Shown piece after piece: positions 8,679 to 18,372 of a DNA stretch of 64,000 bases. The position numbers and the translations under genes were made by a program. The number at the start of each line of letters is the position of its first letter. Within the stretch, counting starts at the first letter, position 1. The notes beneath the pieces are model-generated. The model saw only the letters and a program-made list of their open reading frames with translations. It had not been told where the DNA came from and did not search any database. Source of the DNA: Clostridia bacterium (lineage in GTDB: Bacteria; Bacillota; Clostridia; Monoglobales; Monoglobaceae); assembly GCA_045645805.1 (NCBI GenBank), contig JAZRJL010000013.1, positions 4,582 to 68,581 of the forward strand. The letters run 5' to 3'.

Positions 8679-10259
8679 GTGTTGGCCATAGACGGATTAT
8701 ATATTGCCATAATCGTCGGCGTTGTTTTGGTTGCGGTTGTCGGTATGTTTCTTGCGTTCAGATACGGTTATTCATATCGCCGCAAGGTTGCTGAAATCAA
8801 GATAAACAGTGCAGAAGAAGAGGCAAAAAGAATTATTGAAAATGCAAAGTCTAAAGCAGTAAAAGATGCAGAGAATACAAAAAAAGAAAAACTTTTGGAA
8901 GCAAAAGAGGAAATACATAAAGAACGAAACGAACTTGAAAAAGAGATAAAAGAAAGAAGAAACGAGCTTCAGCGTCAGGAGCGTCGTGTACAGCAAAAGG
9001 AAGACGCAATTGACAAAAAGACACAGGTCCTTGAGAAAAAGGAAGAACAGGTTCAGGAAAAAATTGCTGAAGTTGATGAGCTTAAAGCTGAGGTTGAAAA
9101 GGTTAAAAAGCTTCAGATGTCCCAGCTTGAAAAGGTGGCAGAGCTTTCTGCCGAGGAAGCAAAGGAAATTATCTTAAAACAGGTTGAAATCGATGCACGG
9201 CACGATGCTGCGGTTCTTATGAAAAATATTGAGGACCAGGCAAAGGAAGAGGCCGAAGCAAAAGCGAAGAATATTATCACCGGTGCAATTCAGCGTTGTG
9301 CTGCTGACCATGTTGCCGAAACAACTGTTTCGGTTGTTCAGCTCCCTAACGATGAAATGAAGGGCAGAATTATCGGCCGTGAGGGCAGAAATATTCGCTC
9401 AATTGAAACTCTTACAGGTGTTGATTTAATCATTGACGATACCCCCGAAGCGGTTATTCTTTCAAGCTTTGACCCGGTAAGACGTGAAATTGCAAGACTT
9501 TCACTTGAAAAACTGATTGTTGACGGACGTATCCATCCGGGCAGAATTGAGGAAACCGTTGAAAAGTCAAGAAAAGAAGTTGAGGCGATTATTAAGCAGG
9601 AGGGTGAGCAGGCAACCTTTGATACAGGTGTACATGGACTTCATCCTGAACTTATCAAAATCCTTGGACGTCTTAAATATCGTACAAGCTATGGTCAGAA
9701 TGTTCTTAAACATTCTATCGAGGTGTCACACCTTGCAGGACTTATGGCGGCAGAACTTGGTACTGATGTTGCACTTGCAAAGCGTGCAGGTCTTCTTCAT
9801 GATATAGGTAAGGCTATTGACCACGAGGTTGAAGGTTCTCACGTTACAATCGGTGCGGATGTTGCCAAAAAGTATAAGGAAAATGACAAAGTTATCCATG
9901 CTATTATGGCACATCACGGCGATGTTGAACCCAACTCTCTTGCAGCATGTCTTGTTCAGGCAGCAGACTCAATTTCTGCAGCACGTACAGGTGCAAGACG
10001 TGAGAATATTGAGTCTTACATCAAGCGTCTTGAAGCTCTTGAGGGCATTGCAAATTCATTTGCAGGGGTTGAAAAATCATTTGCAATTCAGGCAGGCCGT
10101 GAAATTAGAATTATGGTTAAGCCTGACAAGGTTAACGATGACGAGACAATTCTTCTTGCAAAGGATATTGTAAAGCAGATTGAAAGCACAATGGAATATC
10201 CAGGACAGATTAAGGTAAACGTTATTCGTGAAATGAGAACAGTTGAATATGCGAAATAA
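8679..10259 (+). CDS. rny: Ribonuclease Y
   Basis: It has an N-terminal TM helix, a Lys/Glu coiled coil, a KH domain ([19 protein letters not shown]) and an HD domain ([17 protein letters not shown]). The GTG start abuts AGGAGG, so the exact start is uncertain by a few codons. Confidence 0.95.
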   Translation: MLAIDGLYIAIIVGVVLVAVVGMFLAFRYGYSYRRKVAEIKINSAEEEAKRIIENAKSKAVKDAENTKKEKLLEAKEEIHKERNELEKEIKERRNELQRQERRVQQKEDAIDKKTQVLEKKEEQVQEKIAEVDELKAEVEKVKKLQMSQLEKVAELSAEEAKEIILKQVEIDARHDAAVLMKNIEDQAKEEAEAKAKNIITGAIQRCAADHVAETTVSVVQLPNDEMKGRIIGREGRNIRSIETLTGVDLIIDDTPEAVILSSFDPVRREIARLSLEKLIVDGRIHPGRIEETVEKSRKEVEAIIKQEGEQATFDTGVHGLHPELIKILGRLKYRTSYGQNVLKHSIEVSHLAGLMAAELGTDVALAKRAGLLHDIGKAIDHEVEGSHVTIGADVAKKYKENDKVIHAIMAHHGDVEPNSLAACLVQAADSISAARTGARRENIESYIKRLEALEGIANSFAGVEKSFAIQAGREIRIMVKPDKVNDDETILLAKDIVKQIESTMEYPGQIKVNVIREMRTVEYAK

Positions 10260-10289
10260 GGAGCCCGTGCTCCTGTGAAAAGGAATGTA

Positions 10290-10312
10290 AAGGCTGCTTT
10301 TGCAGCCTTTTT
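10290..10312 (+). terminator. Rho-independent terminator after rny
   Basis: AAGGCTGC-TTTT-GCAGCCTT followed by TTTCC. Confidence 0.7.
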
Positions 10313-10363
10313 CCGTATTTTTTGATTTAAGCTAAACTATATTAAATCGGTAGGAGAAAATAT

Positions 10364-11149
10364 ATGAGAATACTTGCGGTGGGAGATATTGTTGCGTCAG
10401 ACGGACGTGAATTTATATATAATAACTTAGGCAGAATAAAGAATAAATACAAAATAGATTATTGCATAGCAAATGGAGAAAATTCGGCAAACACAAACGG
10501 TATAACAATGGATATTGCAAGCAGCCTTTTGAGGTCGGGCGTGGATGTAATAACAATGGGCAACCATACCTTTGCCAACAAGGAATATAAAGGTGTGCTT
10601 ACCGACAACAAGCGGGTGATAAGACCTGCCAATTTTCCTCCTGAAACCGAGGGAGAAGGTTATGTAATTGACGATTTGGGAAATATAAGAATAGCGGTTA
10701 TAAATGCAATCGGAAGAATTAATATGGATGCTGTTGACTGTCCGTTCAGAGCCGTGGAGAAAATTCTTTTGGAGATTGGCGAAAGAGCGGATATTAAAAT
10801 AATTGATTTTCATGCTGAGACTACAAGTGAAAAGCTTGCTTTTGCGAATTACTTTGATGGAAAGGCAGATATTGTTTTCGGTACACATACTCACGTACAG
10901 ACAAGCGACAACCATATTCTTCCAAACGGTACGGCGTATATCACCGATATTGGTATGACTGGGGTTAGAGACTCGGTTCTTGGTGTTAAAAAGGAAATAA
11001 TAATGGAAATGTTTTATACACGAAAAAAGTTTCGTTTTGAAAAGGCTGAAGGCGAGGTCTGGTTTTCGGGTGCAGTTTTTGATTATGATGAAAAACAAAA
11101 ATGTGTTACCGATATTGAAAGGCTTTACTTCAATGCAGCAGAAATCTAA
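10364..11149 (+). CDS. ymdB: YmdB-type metallophosphoesterase (2',3'-cyclic-nucleotide phosphodiesterase family)
   Basis: Motifs GDIV..DGR, NGEN and GNHTF are present. rny-ymdB adjacency matches Bacillus. Confidence 0.9.
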   Translation: MRILAVGDIVASDGREFIYNNLGRIKNKYKIDYCIANGENSANTNGITMDIASSLLRSGVDVITMGNHTFANKEYKGVLTDNKRVIRPANFPPETEGEGYVIDDLGNIRIAVINAIGRINMDAVDCPFRAVEKILLEIGERADIKIIDFHAETTSEKLAFANYFDGKADIVFGTHTHVQTSDNHILPNGTAYITDIGMTGVRDSVLGVKKEIIMEMFYTRKKFRFEKAEGEVWFSGAVFDYDEKQKCVTDIERLYFNAAEI

Positions 11150-11166
11150 TAGATGGAGTGCATAAA

Positions 11167-11958
11167 ATGATTGAGAAATTAAAAATAGAGGACAGACTTT
11201 ATTTTAAAAGCAGCATTCTTGAGACCGAGCCTGATATACAGCACTTTTTCACAAGCAGATTAGGCGGTGTCAGCCGTGGCAATATTGAGGGACTTAACCT
11301 TGGATTTCGTGTAGGTGATGATATTGATTCGGTAAAGCAAAATTACCACATAATTGCAATGGATTTTGATATACCGTACAGTGGGATTACTTCGGCAAAG
11401 CAAACGCATTCAAAGGATGTCAGGATAATAACCGAGGCAGAAAAAGGCTGTGGTGTAAGCCGCCTTTCCAAGACCTTTGAAGCGGATGGACTTGTTACAA
11501 ACTGCAAAGGAATTGCCCTTACGGTGTTTTATGCGGATTGTGTGCCCATTTTGCTTTCAGACGGCAAGACGGGTGTTGTTGCAGCGGTGCATTCGGGTTG
11601 GAGAGGTACAGTCAGTCGTATTGCCGAAAATGCTGTAAATATAATGAAAAATGAGTTTGGGTCGAATCCTGAAAACATTAAAGCGGCAATAGGTCCTTCA
11701 ATCGGGAAATGCTGCTTTGAAACAGGTGAAGAGGTTGCCTGCAATTTTGACAGCGATTTGGTTAGGTCGGAAGATAACGGAAAGTTCAAGGTTGACCTTT
11801 GGGAGGCAAACAGACGTATTCTAGAGAAATCGGGACTTTGTGAAGAAAATATTGATGTGCTTGGTATATGCACAATATGTCAAAGTGACATATTATATTC
11901 GTATCGTACCCATGGAGACAGAACGGGACGTATGGGTGCAGTAATTATGATAAAATAA
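11167..11958 (+). CDS. pgeF: Peptidoglycan editing factor PgeF (YfiH/YlmD, DUF152)
   Basis: QTHS, ADCVPILL and HSGWRGT motifs are present. ATG 11167 is preferred over GTG 11158 because of spacing to TGGAG. Confidence 0.85.
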   Translation: MIEKLKIEDRLYFKSSILETEPDIQHFFTSRLGGVSRGNIEGLNLGFRVGDDIDSVKQNYHIIAMDFDIPYSGITSAKQTHSKDVRIITEAEKGCGVSRLSKTFEADGLVTNCKGIALTVFYADCVPILLSDGKTGVVAAVHSGWRGTVSRIAENAVNIMKNEFGSNPENIKAAIGPSIGKCCFETGEEVACNFDSDLVRSEDNGKFKVDLWEANRRILEKSGLCEENIDVLGICTICQSDILYSYRTHGDRTGRMGAVIMIK

Positions 11959-11970
11959 AGGAAAGAAAAA

Positions 11971-13524
11971 ATGTTTAAAAGAACGATGACAGTATTACTT
12001 GCGGTGGTTTTTGCAATAAGCATTGCAGGCTGCGGCGACAAGGAAATTGAAAAGAAAACAAAGAAAGATGAAAACGAGAGTGTAATATCCGTTTTTTCAT
12101 ATAAGCCTGACACCCTTTGCCCTGTTGCAAGCAACAATCAGGCTAATATTGATATGCTTGGAATCATTTATGAGGGTCTTGTTCAGGTCAGCGAAAAGCT
12201 TACTCCAATACCCTGCCTTGCTGAAAGCTGGTCAGGTGCATTGGATTGCACCCAATGGACAGTAAAGCTGAGAAACAATGCAAAGTGGCATGATGGCACA
12301 AGCTTTTCGGCAAAGGACGTTGTCTATACGGTTAACAGGGTGAAACAGCTTGAAAAAAGTCCGTATTTATACAACGTGTCAATTATAAGCGAAATTGCAG
12401 CGGTTGATGACTATACGGTGGAAATTCAGCTTTCAAAGCCTTGTGCAAATTTTATAAATCTTTTATACTTTCCCATAATCAAAGCCGGTGACGATGAGCT
12501 TGATTTGGTTAATTTTGATGCTGTGGGTACAGGACCATATATATTACAGCCTGAAAATGACGGGAATATTTATTATCTGAAAAGGAATTCTGAGTGGTGG
12601 GGCGGAAATGTAAAAACTGATACGATTCAGGTGCGAATGCTGCCGGGTGGAGATACTCCACTTTATGCGTTTGGCTCTGACAGTATTGATTTGATACCTG
12701 CAGACAATCTTGACTGGGGAAAATTTGTTGACCCTACCGAGTCTGAATATACCTCTGTTGCGACACCTGTATATACCTTTCTTGGAATAAATCACAAAAA
12801 CCCTCAGCTTGCAATGAAGGAGCTTCGCAGAGCTATTTCTCTTGTTATTGACCGCGATGAGCTTATAGATGAGGCGCGGCTTGGGTATGGGGTTGCGGTA
12901 AATTCTCCTGTACGACCCGAGTGGTTTGTTTGTGAAAATCAGAAATCTGATTTAAAGCAGAATGCTGAATCTGCAAAAAAACTTCTTGAGGAAAACGAAT
13001 GGACTTTCAATGACGGGTTATACAAAAAAGTATCCGATGGCGTTGAATACAGAGCAGCATTTACTATTCTTGTAAACGAGGAAAACACGGTAAGATGCAA
13101 TGTGGCGGCTATGATTTCCAAAGCTCTTGAGGAGTTTGGGATAAAAGCAAGCGTTGTAAAGGTAGCTTTTGATGAATATGAAAAAAGGATAGCCGAGGGT
13201 AGCTTTGATACCTTTGTGGGAAGTATGGGTCTTTCGCCAGAGCTTGATTATTTGCAGTTTGTTGGCGAAGAAAATATTTACGGATTTGAAGATGAGGAAA
13301 TGCGGTTTGTTGCAACCGAAATGCAGAAAAAGCAGACCGAAGAGGAAGTCAGGAATGCATACGCTGAATTTATAAACTTGTTTGAACAATTAAACCCTGT
13401 GACGGGCCTTTATTTTGAAGACAGCGTTATGCTTTACAGCAAGCAGATTAAGGGTGATGTCAAGCCTTTATATTTTGATATATATCAGGGTATTGAAAAT
13501 ATTGAAAAGGGAGCCGTAGAGTAG
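11971..13524 (+). CDS. ABC transporter substrate-binding lipoprotein, family 5 (peptide/nickel type)
   Basis: The signal peptide has the lipobox AISIAGCGD. The 517-aa body resembles OppA/DppA-type binding proteins. No cognate permease genes are adjacent. Confidence 0.8.
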   Translation: MFKRTMTVLLAVVFAISIAGCGDKEIEKKTKKDENESVISVFSYKPDTLCPVASNNQANIDMLGIIYEGLVQVSEKLTPIPCLAESWSGALDCTQWTVKLRNNAKWHDGTSFSAKDVVYTVNRVKQLEKSPYLYNVSIISEIAAVDDYTVEIQLSKPCANFINLLYFPIIKAGDDELDLVNFDAVGTGPYILQPENDGNIYYLKRNSEWWGGNVKTDTIQVRMLPGGDTPLYAFGSDSIDLIPADNLDWGKFVDPTESEYTSVATPVYTFLGINHKNPQLAMKELRRAISLVIDRDELIDEARLGYGVAVNSPVRPEWFVCENQKSDLKQNAESAKKLLEENEWTFNDGLYKKVSDGVEYRAAFTILVNEENTVRCNVAAMISKALEEFGIKASVVKVAFDEYEKRIAEGSFDTFVGSMGLSPELDYLQFVGEENIYGFEDEEMRFVATEMQKKQTEEEVRNAYAEFINLFEQLNPVTGLYFEDSVMLYSKQIKGDVKPLYFDIYQGIENIEKGAVE

Positions 13525-14732
13525 TGGAAAGAACCATAATCCATCTGGATATGGATGCCTTTTTTGCCTCGGTGGAGGTGCGTGACAACCCGGACCTTAA
13601 AGGGAAACCATTAATCATTGGGGCGCTTCCCCATGAACGGGGTGTTGTCTCCACCTGCAGCTATGAGGCGCGTAAATTTGGCGTACATTCCGCAATGAAC
13701 ATAAAAGAAGCATACCGAAGATGTCCTAATGGTGTATATATGCATGGGGATATGCGTAAATATCAAAGAGTATCAGAACAGATACATAAAATTATGCTTC
13801 GGTATACCGATTTGATTGAATTTGTTGCTCTTGATGAGGGATATATGGATGTAACAGGTTCAATGCGGCTGTTTGGCAGTGCCGAGGAAATCGGCAAAAG
13901 ATTGAAGAAAGAAATTTTTGATGCCGTTGGTGTTACCTGCTCGGTAGGAATTTCATATTCTATGATGGGTGCAAAGCTTGCCAGTGAGGAAAAAAAGCCT
14001 GACGGGTTTTTTGTTATTCCTGACCGAAATGCACTTGTTGAACTTATAAAAGACCGACCTGTGGATGTTATATGTGGAATAGGTCAAAAAACCACGGAAA
14101 GATTAAAAAGTATAGGCATATCAACAGTAAGAGATTTGCTTGCTACACCGCCTGCCATAATAAAAGCGTTTGGCAAAATGGGTTATGCAATGCTGAAACT
14201 GGCAAAAGGCGAGGATGACAGACAGGTGGTGGCGGACAGCGTTTCAAAGTCAATCGGCAGAGAGCATACCTTTCAGGTCAACATTGACAGCAAAGATGTT
14301 TTGAAGGATGCCCTTGTTTTGCTGTCAAAGGATGTAAGCCTGCGTGCAAAAAACAAAGGCCTTTACGGCAGAACGGTGACTCTTAAGATTAAGTTTTGTG
14401 ATATGCACCAGATAACACGCTCAAATACTGTTTCGGCTACAAATTCTTCAAGGGATATTTATCGCATTGCCTGCGAAATGCTTGACAGGCTTAAAATTGA
14501 TGAATCCGTAAGACTTGTGGGAGTTACTCTTGGCAATTTGCAAGACAACAAGGATGAGGAATATGAGCAACTTTCCCTTTTTGACCAGATTGACGGAAAG
14601 ACTGAAGAAAAGGCGAAAAACGAAGCACTTGAAAATGCCATATTTGACCTTCATACAAGGTATGGCGGGAATATAATTAAAACAGCAAAAGAACTTGAAA
14701 TTCATAACAGGATACATAAAAAAGAAGAATAG
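13524..14732 (+). CDS. dinB: DNA polymerase IV
   Basis: IIHLDMDAFFASVE and LDEGYMDVT Y-family motifs are present. The GTG start overlaps the previous stop. Confidence 0.92.
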   Translation: MERTIIHLDMDAFFASVEVRDNPDLKGKPLIIGALPHERGVVSTCSYEARKFGVHSAMNIKEAYRRCPNGVYMHGDMRKYQRVSEQIHKIMLRYTDLIEFVALDEGYMDVTGSMRLFGSAEEIGKRLKKEIFDAVGVTCSVGISYSMMGAKLASEEKKPDGFFVIPDRNALVELIKDRPVDVICGIGQKTTERLKSIGISTVRDLLATPPAIIKAFGKMGYAMLKLAKGEDDRQVVADSVSKSIGREHTFQVNIDSKDVLKDALVLLSKDVSLRAKNKGLYGRTVTLKIKFCDMHQITRSNTVSATNSSRDIYRIACEMLDRLKIDESVRLVGVTLGNLQDNKDEEYEQLSLFDQIDGKTEEKAKNEALENAIFDLHTRYGGNIIKTAKELEIHNRIHKKEE

Positions 14733-14770
14733 TTCAAATCAACTTTTATACAACGAGAGGAGAATGTAAA

Positions 14771-15124
14771 ATGAAGTTGTCGGAAGTAAAAGATGTTTTA
14801 AATGGTAAGATTGTTTCAGGTGAGAACAAACTTGATGAAGAGGTAGACGCCGCATTTGGCAGTGACCTTATGAGTGATGTTCTTGCATTTGTTGAGGAGA
14901 GAGTTTTGCTTCTTACGGGCCTTGTGAATCCGCAGGTGGTTCGTACGGCTGAAATGATGGATATTTCAGCGATAGTTTTTGTTCGTGGCAAAACCCCTGA
15001 TGAAAGTATCATAGAGCTTGCAAAATCAAAGGATATGGTTATTATTACGACCGATTATTCGATGTATGTTGCCAGCGGAAAGCTGTATTCAAACGGACTA
15101 AAAGGAAGGAATGGGGAGGAATAA
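14771..15124 (+). CDS. DRTGG domain protein
   Basis: 117 aa. LLLTGLVNPQVVRTAEMMDISAIVFVRGK is a DRTGG-type fold signature. It is the first gene of the hydrogenase-linked module. Confidence 0.7.
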   Translation: MKLSEVKDVLNGKIVSGENKLDEEVDAAFGSDLMSDVLAFVEERVLLLTGLVNPQVVRTAEMMDISAIVFVRGKTPDESIIELAKSKDMVIITTDYSMYVASGKLYSNGLKGRNGEE

Positions 15125-15127
15125 GCT

Positions 15128-15559
15128 GTGGCAGATGCAATGAAGTTACATTATGACGTTAACGGGGACGATTTTACTTGTGCAGGGGAGAATTCAAGCA
15201 AGGTAAAAAAGACTCTCAATCAGCTTGGCTTTAATCCTGCAATTGTCCGCAAGGTTGCTATTGCTATGTACGAGGCTGAAATTAATATGGTAATCCATGC
15301 AAACGGCGGCACAATTGATGTTGACATATATCCTGAAAAAATTGAGATTGTTATGAAGGACACCGGACCGGGAATCCCTGATGTTGAAAAAGCAATGCAG
15401 GCAGGGTTTTCAACCGCTGACCAGAATGTTCGTGAGCTTGGCTTTGGAGCGGGAATGGGACTTCCCAACATCAAAAAGAATTCTGACGAGATGATAATTG
15501 ATACCGAGGTAGGAAAGGGAACAACACTCAAACTTGTTATTTTGGCGAAGGAGGGATAA
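15128..15559 (+). CDS. HATPase_c-only protein (anti-sigma-factor/Ser kinase-like ATPase)
   Basis: 143 aa. It has the N-box EAEINMVIHA, the G1 box DTGPGIPD and the G2 box GFGAGMGLP. Confidence 0.75.
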   Translation: MADAMKLHYDVNGDDFTCAGENSSKVKKTLNQLGFNPAIVRKVAIAMYEAEINMVIHANGGTIDVDIYPEKIEIVMKDTGPGIPDVEKAMQAGFSTADQNVRELGFGAGMGLPNIKKNSDEMIIDTEVGKGTTLKLVILAKEG

Positions 15560-15561
15560 TT

Positions 15562-16839
15562 GTGGAAAAATACTGGCATTCGGTAACTCTAGACAAGGAT
15601 TTGTGCAAGGGGTGTACCAATTGTCTTAAGCATTGTCCCACTCAGGCAATCCGTGTTCAGGGCGGAAAGGCAAAAATTTTAAAGGAACGCTGTATTGACT
15701 GTGGTGAATGTATAAGAGTATGTCCATATCGGGCAAAAAAGGCTGTAACGGATAGCTTTGAAATGCTTGAAAATTTTAAATATAACGTTGCACTTGTTGC
15801 ACCGGCGTTTTACGGACAGTTTTCAAGAACTGAGGATATTGATGCAATGCTTACTGCACTTATCAAGCTGGGTTTTGACCATGTGTTTGAGGTTGCACGT
15901 GGTGCACAGGTGATTACTCAAAGGACAAACGAGCTTTTAAAGACGGGTGAACTTTTAAAACCGTCTATTTCCTCTGCCTGTCCGGCAGTCCTCAGGCTTA
16001 TTGCCATAAAGTTCCCCAATCTGATAAACAATATTGTACCACTCAAATCGCCTATGGAGATTTCTGCCGCTCAGGCACGTACTGAGGCGGTTGAAAAGAC
16101 CGGCTTGAGGGCGGAAGAAATAGGTATATTTTTCATAAGCCCCTGTGCAGCAAAGGCTACATTTATAAAGGGTGGCTATACGGTAAAAAAATCCGATGTT
16201 GACGGGGTTATTTCAATAAAAGATGTATGTATAAAAATGTCAAGATTATTCAGCAGGATTGATGAAGTAAAGGAACTTCATGAATCAGGCAGCGAGGGCG
16301 TTTTATGGGCAACAAGCGGTGGCGAGGCCGAGGCAAGCTGTGCTAAGCGGCATATTGCGGTTGACGGCATACATAATGTAATAAAGGTTCTTGAAGAAAT
16401 TGAAGATGGCAAGCTTGACGATATCGAATATGTTGAGGCACTTGCCTGTCCCGGTGGCTGTGTGGGTGGACCTCTTACAACAGAAAACAGCTTTTCGGCA
16501 CGGTCAAAAATTCAAAGAATCTGTAAGAATATCGAAAAAGACGGAAAACCCTTTAATTGCCAGCAGAATATGTTTTGGGACAGTGCAATGGTTTACAGAC
16601 CTGTTATGAATCTTGACCCTGATATAAACGAGGCAATGCGAAAGATGAACCTTATTGAAAAGCTTTACGAAAGCTTCCCCAAGCTTGATTGCGGCTCTTG
16701 TGGCTCGCCCAGCTGCCGTGCTTTGGCTGAGGATATTGTACGTGGTTATGCCAAGGAGACGGATTGTATATTCAAGCTTCGTGATTTGGCAAGGGAAGTG
16801 CTTGAGCAAGAAGAAAAGGATAAGAGTGATGAAAAGTAG
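15562..16839 (+). CDS. [FeFe]-hydrogenase-like (HydS-type, putative sensory) Fe-S protein
   Basis: Two N-terminal 4Fe-4S motifs are CKGCTNCLKHCP and CIDCGECIRVCP. The H-domain-like motifs are SSACP, SPCAAK and ACPGGCVGGP. The C-terminus carries a Cys cluster, CGSCGSPSC. Confidence 0.75.
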   Translation: MEKYWHSVTLDKDLCKGCTNCLKHCPTQAIRVQGGKAKILKERCIDCGECIRVCPYRAKKAVTDSFEMLENFKYNVALVAPAFYGQFSRTEDIDAMLTALIKLGFDHVFEVARGAQVITQRTNELLKTGELLKPSISSACPAVLRLIAIKFPNLINNIVPLKSPMEISAAQARTEAVEKTGLRAEEIGIFFISPCAAKATFIKGGYTVKKSDVDGVISIKDVCIKMSRLFSRIDEVKELHESGSEGVLWATSGGEAEASCAKRHIAVDGIHNVIKVLEEIEDGKLDDIEYVEALACPGGCVGGPLTTENSFSARSKIQRICKNIEKDGKPFNCQQNMFWDSAMVYRPVMNLDPDINEAMRKMNLIEKLYESFPKLDCGSCGSPSCRALAEDIVRGYAKETDCIFKLRDLAREVLEQEEKDKSDEK

Positions 16840-16851
16840 GAGCTTACAGTA

Positions 16852-18018
16852 ATGATAAAAGATAACAGACCGATTATTGAAAAAGAAAGCTATGACGTTG
16901 CGGTGGTTGGTGGAGGTATTGCCGGGGTTGCTGCAGCGGTATCGGCGGCACGTCAGGGTGTCTCGGTGCTTTTGATTGAAAAGAAAATCAACCTTGGCGG
17001 CCTTGCAACAGGTGGACTTATTTCCTGGTATGAGCCTCTTTGCGACGGCAAGGGTAATCAGATGATTTACGGAATTGCTGAGGAGCTTATTAAGCTTTCT
17101 GTTAAATATTCATTCGATAGCTTATCTTCAAAATGGGGAGGAAGTGTGGATAAAACAACGGCTGTCAACAAAAGATATTCCACATTCTATTCACCTACGA
17201 TATTCACCCTTGCTCTTGATGAATTTGTTACCCAAAACGGTGTAAAGCTCCGCTTTGACACACTTGGAGTTTGTCCTGTTATGGAGGGAAATGTTTGCAA
17301 GGGAATTATTTGCGAAAGTGTTGAGGGCAGAGAGTTTTTTGGTGCAAAGGTTGTTATTGATGCGAGCGGTACCGCGGTTGTTTTGAAGTCTGCAGGTGTA
17401 CCCACCGTTGACGGCGAGAATTTTATGTCATATATGGTTCACGGCTTTGATAAGGAAGATGCAAAAAAGCTTCTTGATGATGGCAAGCTGTATAATTTCA
17501 GAAAATGGATTGGTGTGTGCAGCGATATGGAGGGCAACGGTCAGCCCGAAGGGCTTGAAAAGGTTGCTGGCATAACGGGCGACGAGGTTACAGATTATGT
17601 TCTTTACGGCAAAAGGTGTATGCTTGAAAAGCTGAAAGCGAAGGAACGTGATAGCTTTGATGTAATGACCCTTCCCGATATGCCGCAATTTCGAACAATC
17701 CGAAGAATTAAAGGCGAAACCGATTTTACTGCAACAGACGGACAAACTTTTGAGGATTCAATTGGCAACTGCGGTGATTTCAGACCAGAGGGAATAGGCA
17801 ATCGTTATCAGATACCTTTCGGTGCATTATACAACAAGGCTTATCCCAATATCCTTGCAACAGGCAGAATAATTTCTGCACCCTACGGCGACGGCTGGGA
17901 GGTTGCAAGGGTTATTCCTACCTGTGCCCTTACGGGCGAAGCTGCAGGAACGGCTGCAGCGTATTGTGTGAAGACCGGCTGCGGTGCTGATGAGGCGGCG
18001 ATATGTTTTAAAAAATAA
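16852..18018 (+). CDS. FAD-dependent oxidoreductase
   Basis: The dinucleotide fold YDVAVVGGGIAGVAAAVSAARQGVSVLLIEK is present. 388 aa. It lies 13 nt after the preceding stop, so it is probably co-transcribed. Confidence 0.8.
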   Translation: MIKDNRPIIEKESYDVAVVGGGIAGVAAAVSAARQGVSVLLIEKKINLGGLATGGLISWYEPLCDGKGNQMIYGIAEELIKLSVKYSFDSLSSKWGGSVDKTTAVNKRYSTFYSPTIFTLALDEFVTQNGVKLRFDTLGVCPVMEGNVCKGIICESVEGREFFGAKVVIDASGTAVVLKSAGVPTVDGENFMSYMVHGFDKEDAKKLLDDGKLYNFRKWIGVCSDMEGNGQPEGLEKVAGITGDEVTDYVLYGKRCMLEKLKAKERDSFDVMTLPDMPQFRTIRRIKGETDFTATDGQTFEDSIGNCGDFRPEGIGNRYQIPFGALYNKAYPNILATGRIISAPYGDGWEVARVIPTCALTGEAAGTAAAYCVKTGCGADEAAICFKK

Positions 18019-18036
18019 GTTGCGGAGGAATGTAAA

Positions 18037-18372
18037 ATGAATGTTTTAGAATTTGCAAAAAAGTACGGTTTTAAAATTTTTACCGATGAAAAGGTTGCGG
18101 AAAAAAGACAGATAAAGGGATGCTATATAGGTGACCTTTTGAGCCTTGCAATGGCTAAGGTCGAGACTGACAACATATGGATAACCATTCAGACCAATTT
18201 AAACATTGTTGCGGTTGCGTCTTTGGCAGATGCATCGTGCATATTGATTGCTGACGGTTTTGTTCCCGATGAAAATACCCTTGAAAAGGCTGAGGAAAAG
18301 GAAATTGTTATATTAAATACCGAGCTTTCAGTATATGAGGCTGCAAAAAAGCTTATGGAGTGCGGAATATGA
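18037..18372 (+). CDS. DRTGG domain protein (second copy)
   Basis: 111 aa with a similar architecture to 14771-15124 (IGDLLSLAM..NIVAVASLADASCILIADG). Confidence 0.65.
   Translation: MNVLEFAKKYGFKIFTDEKVAEKRQIKGCYIGDLLSLAMAKVETDNIWITIQTNLNIVAVASLADASCILIADGFVPDENTLEKAEEKEIVILNTELSVYEAAKKLMECGI

Noticed and set aside
10427-11098. 223-aa ORF antisense to ymdB. Similar long antisense ORFs lie at 49460-50251 (263 aa), 47909-48421 (170 aa), 42827-43339 (170 aa), 27336-27842 (168 aa) and 61536-62003 (155 aa).
   Set aside because: Each lies entirely within or against a well-supported conserved gene. They have odd low-complexity or Cys/Phe/Ser-rich composition, no RBS and no recognisable domain. 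They are shadow ORFs.
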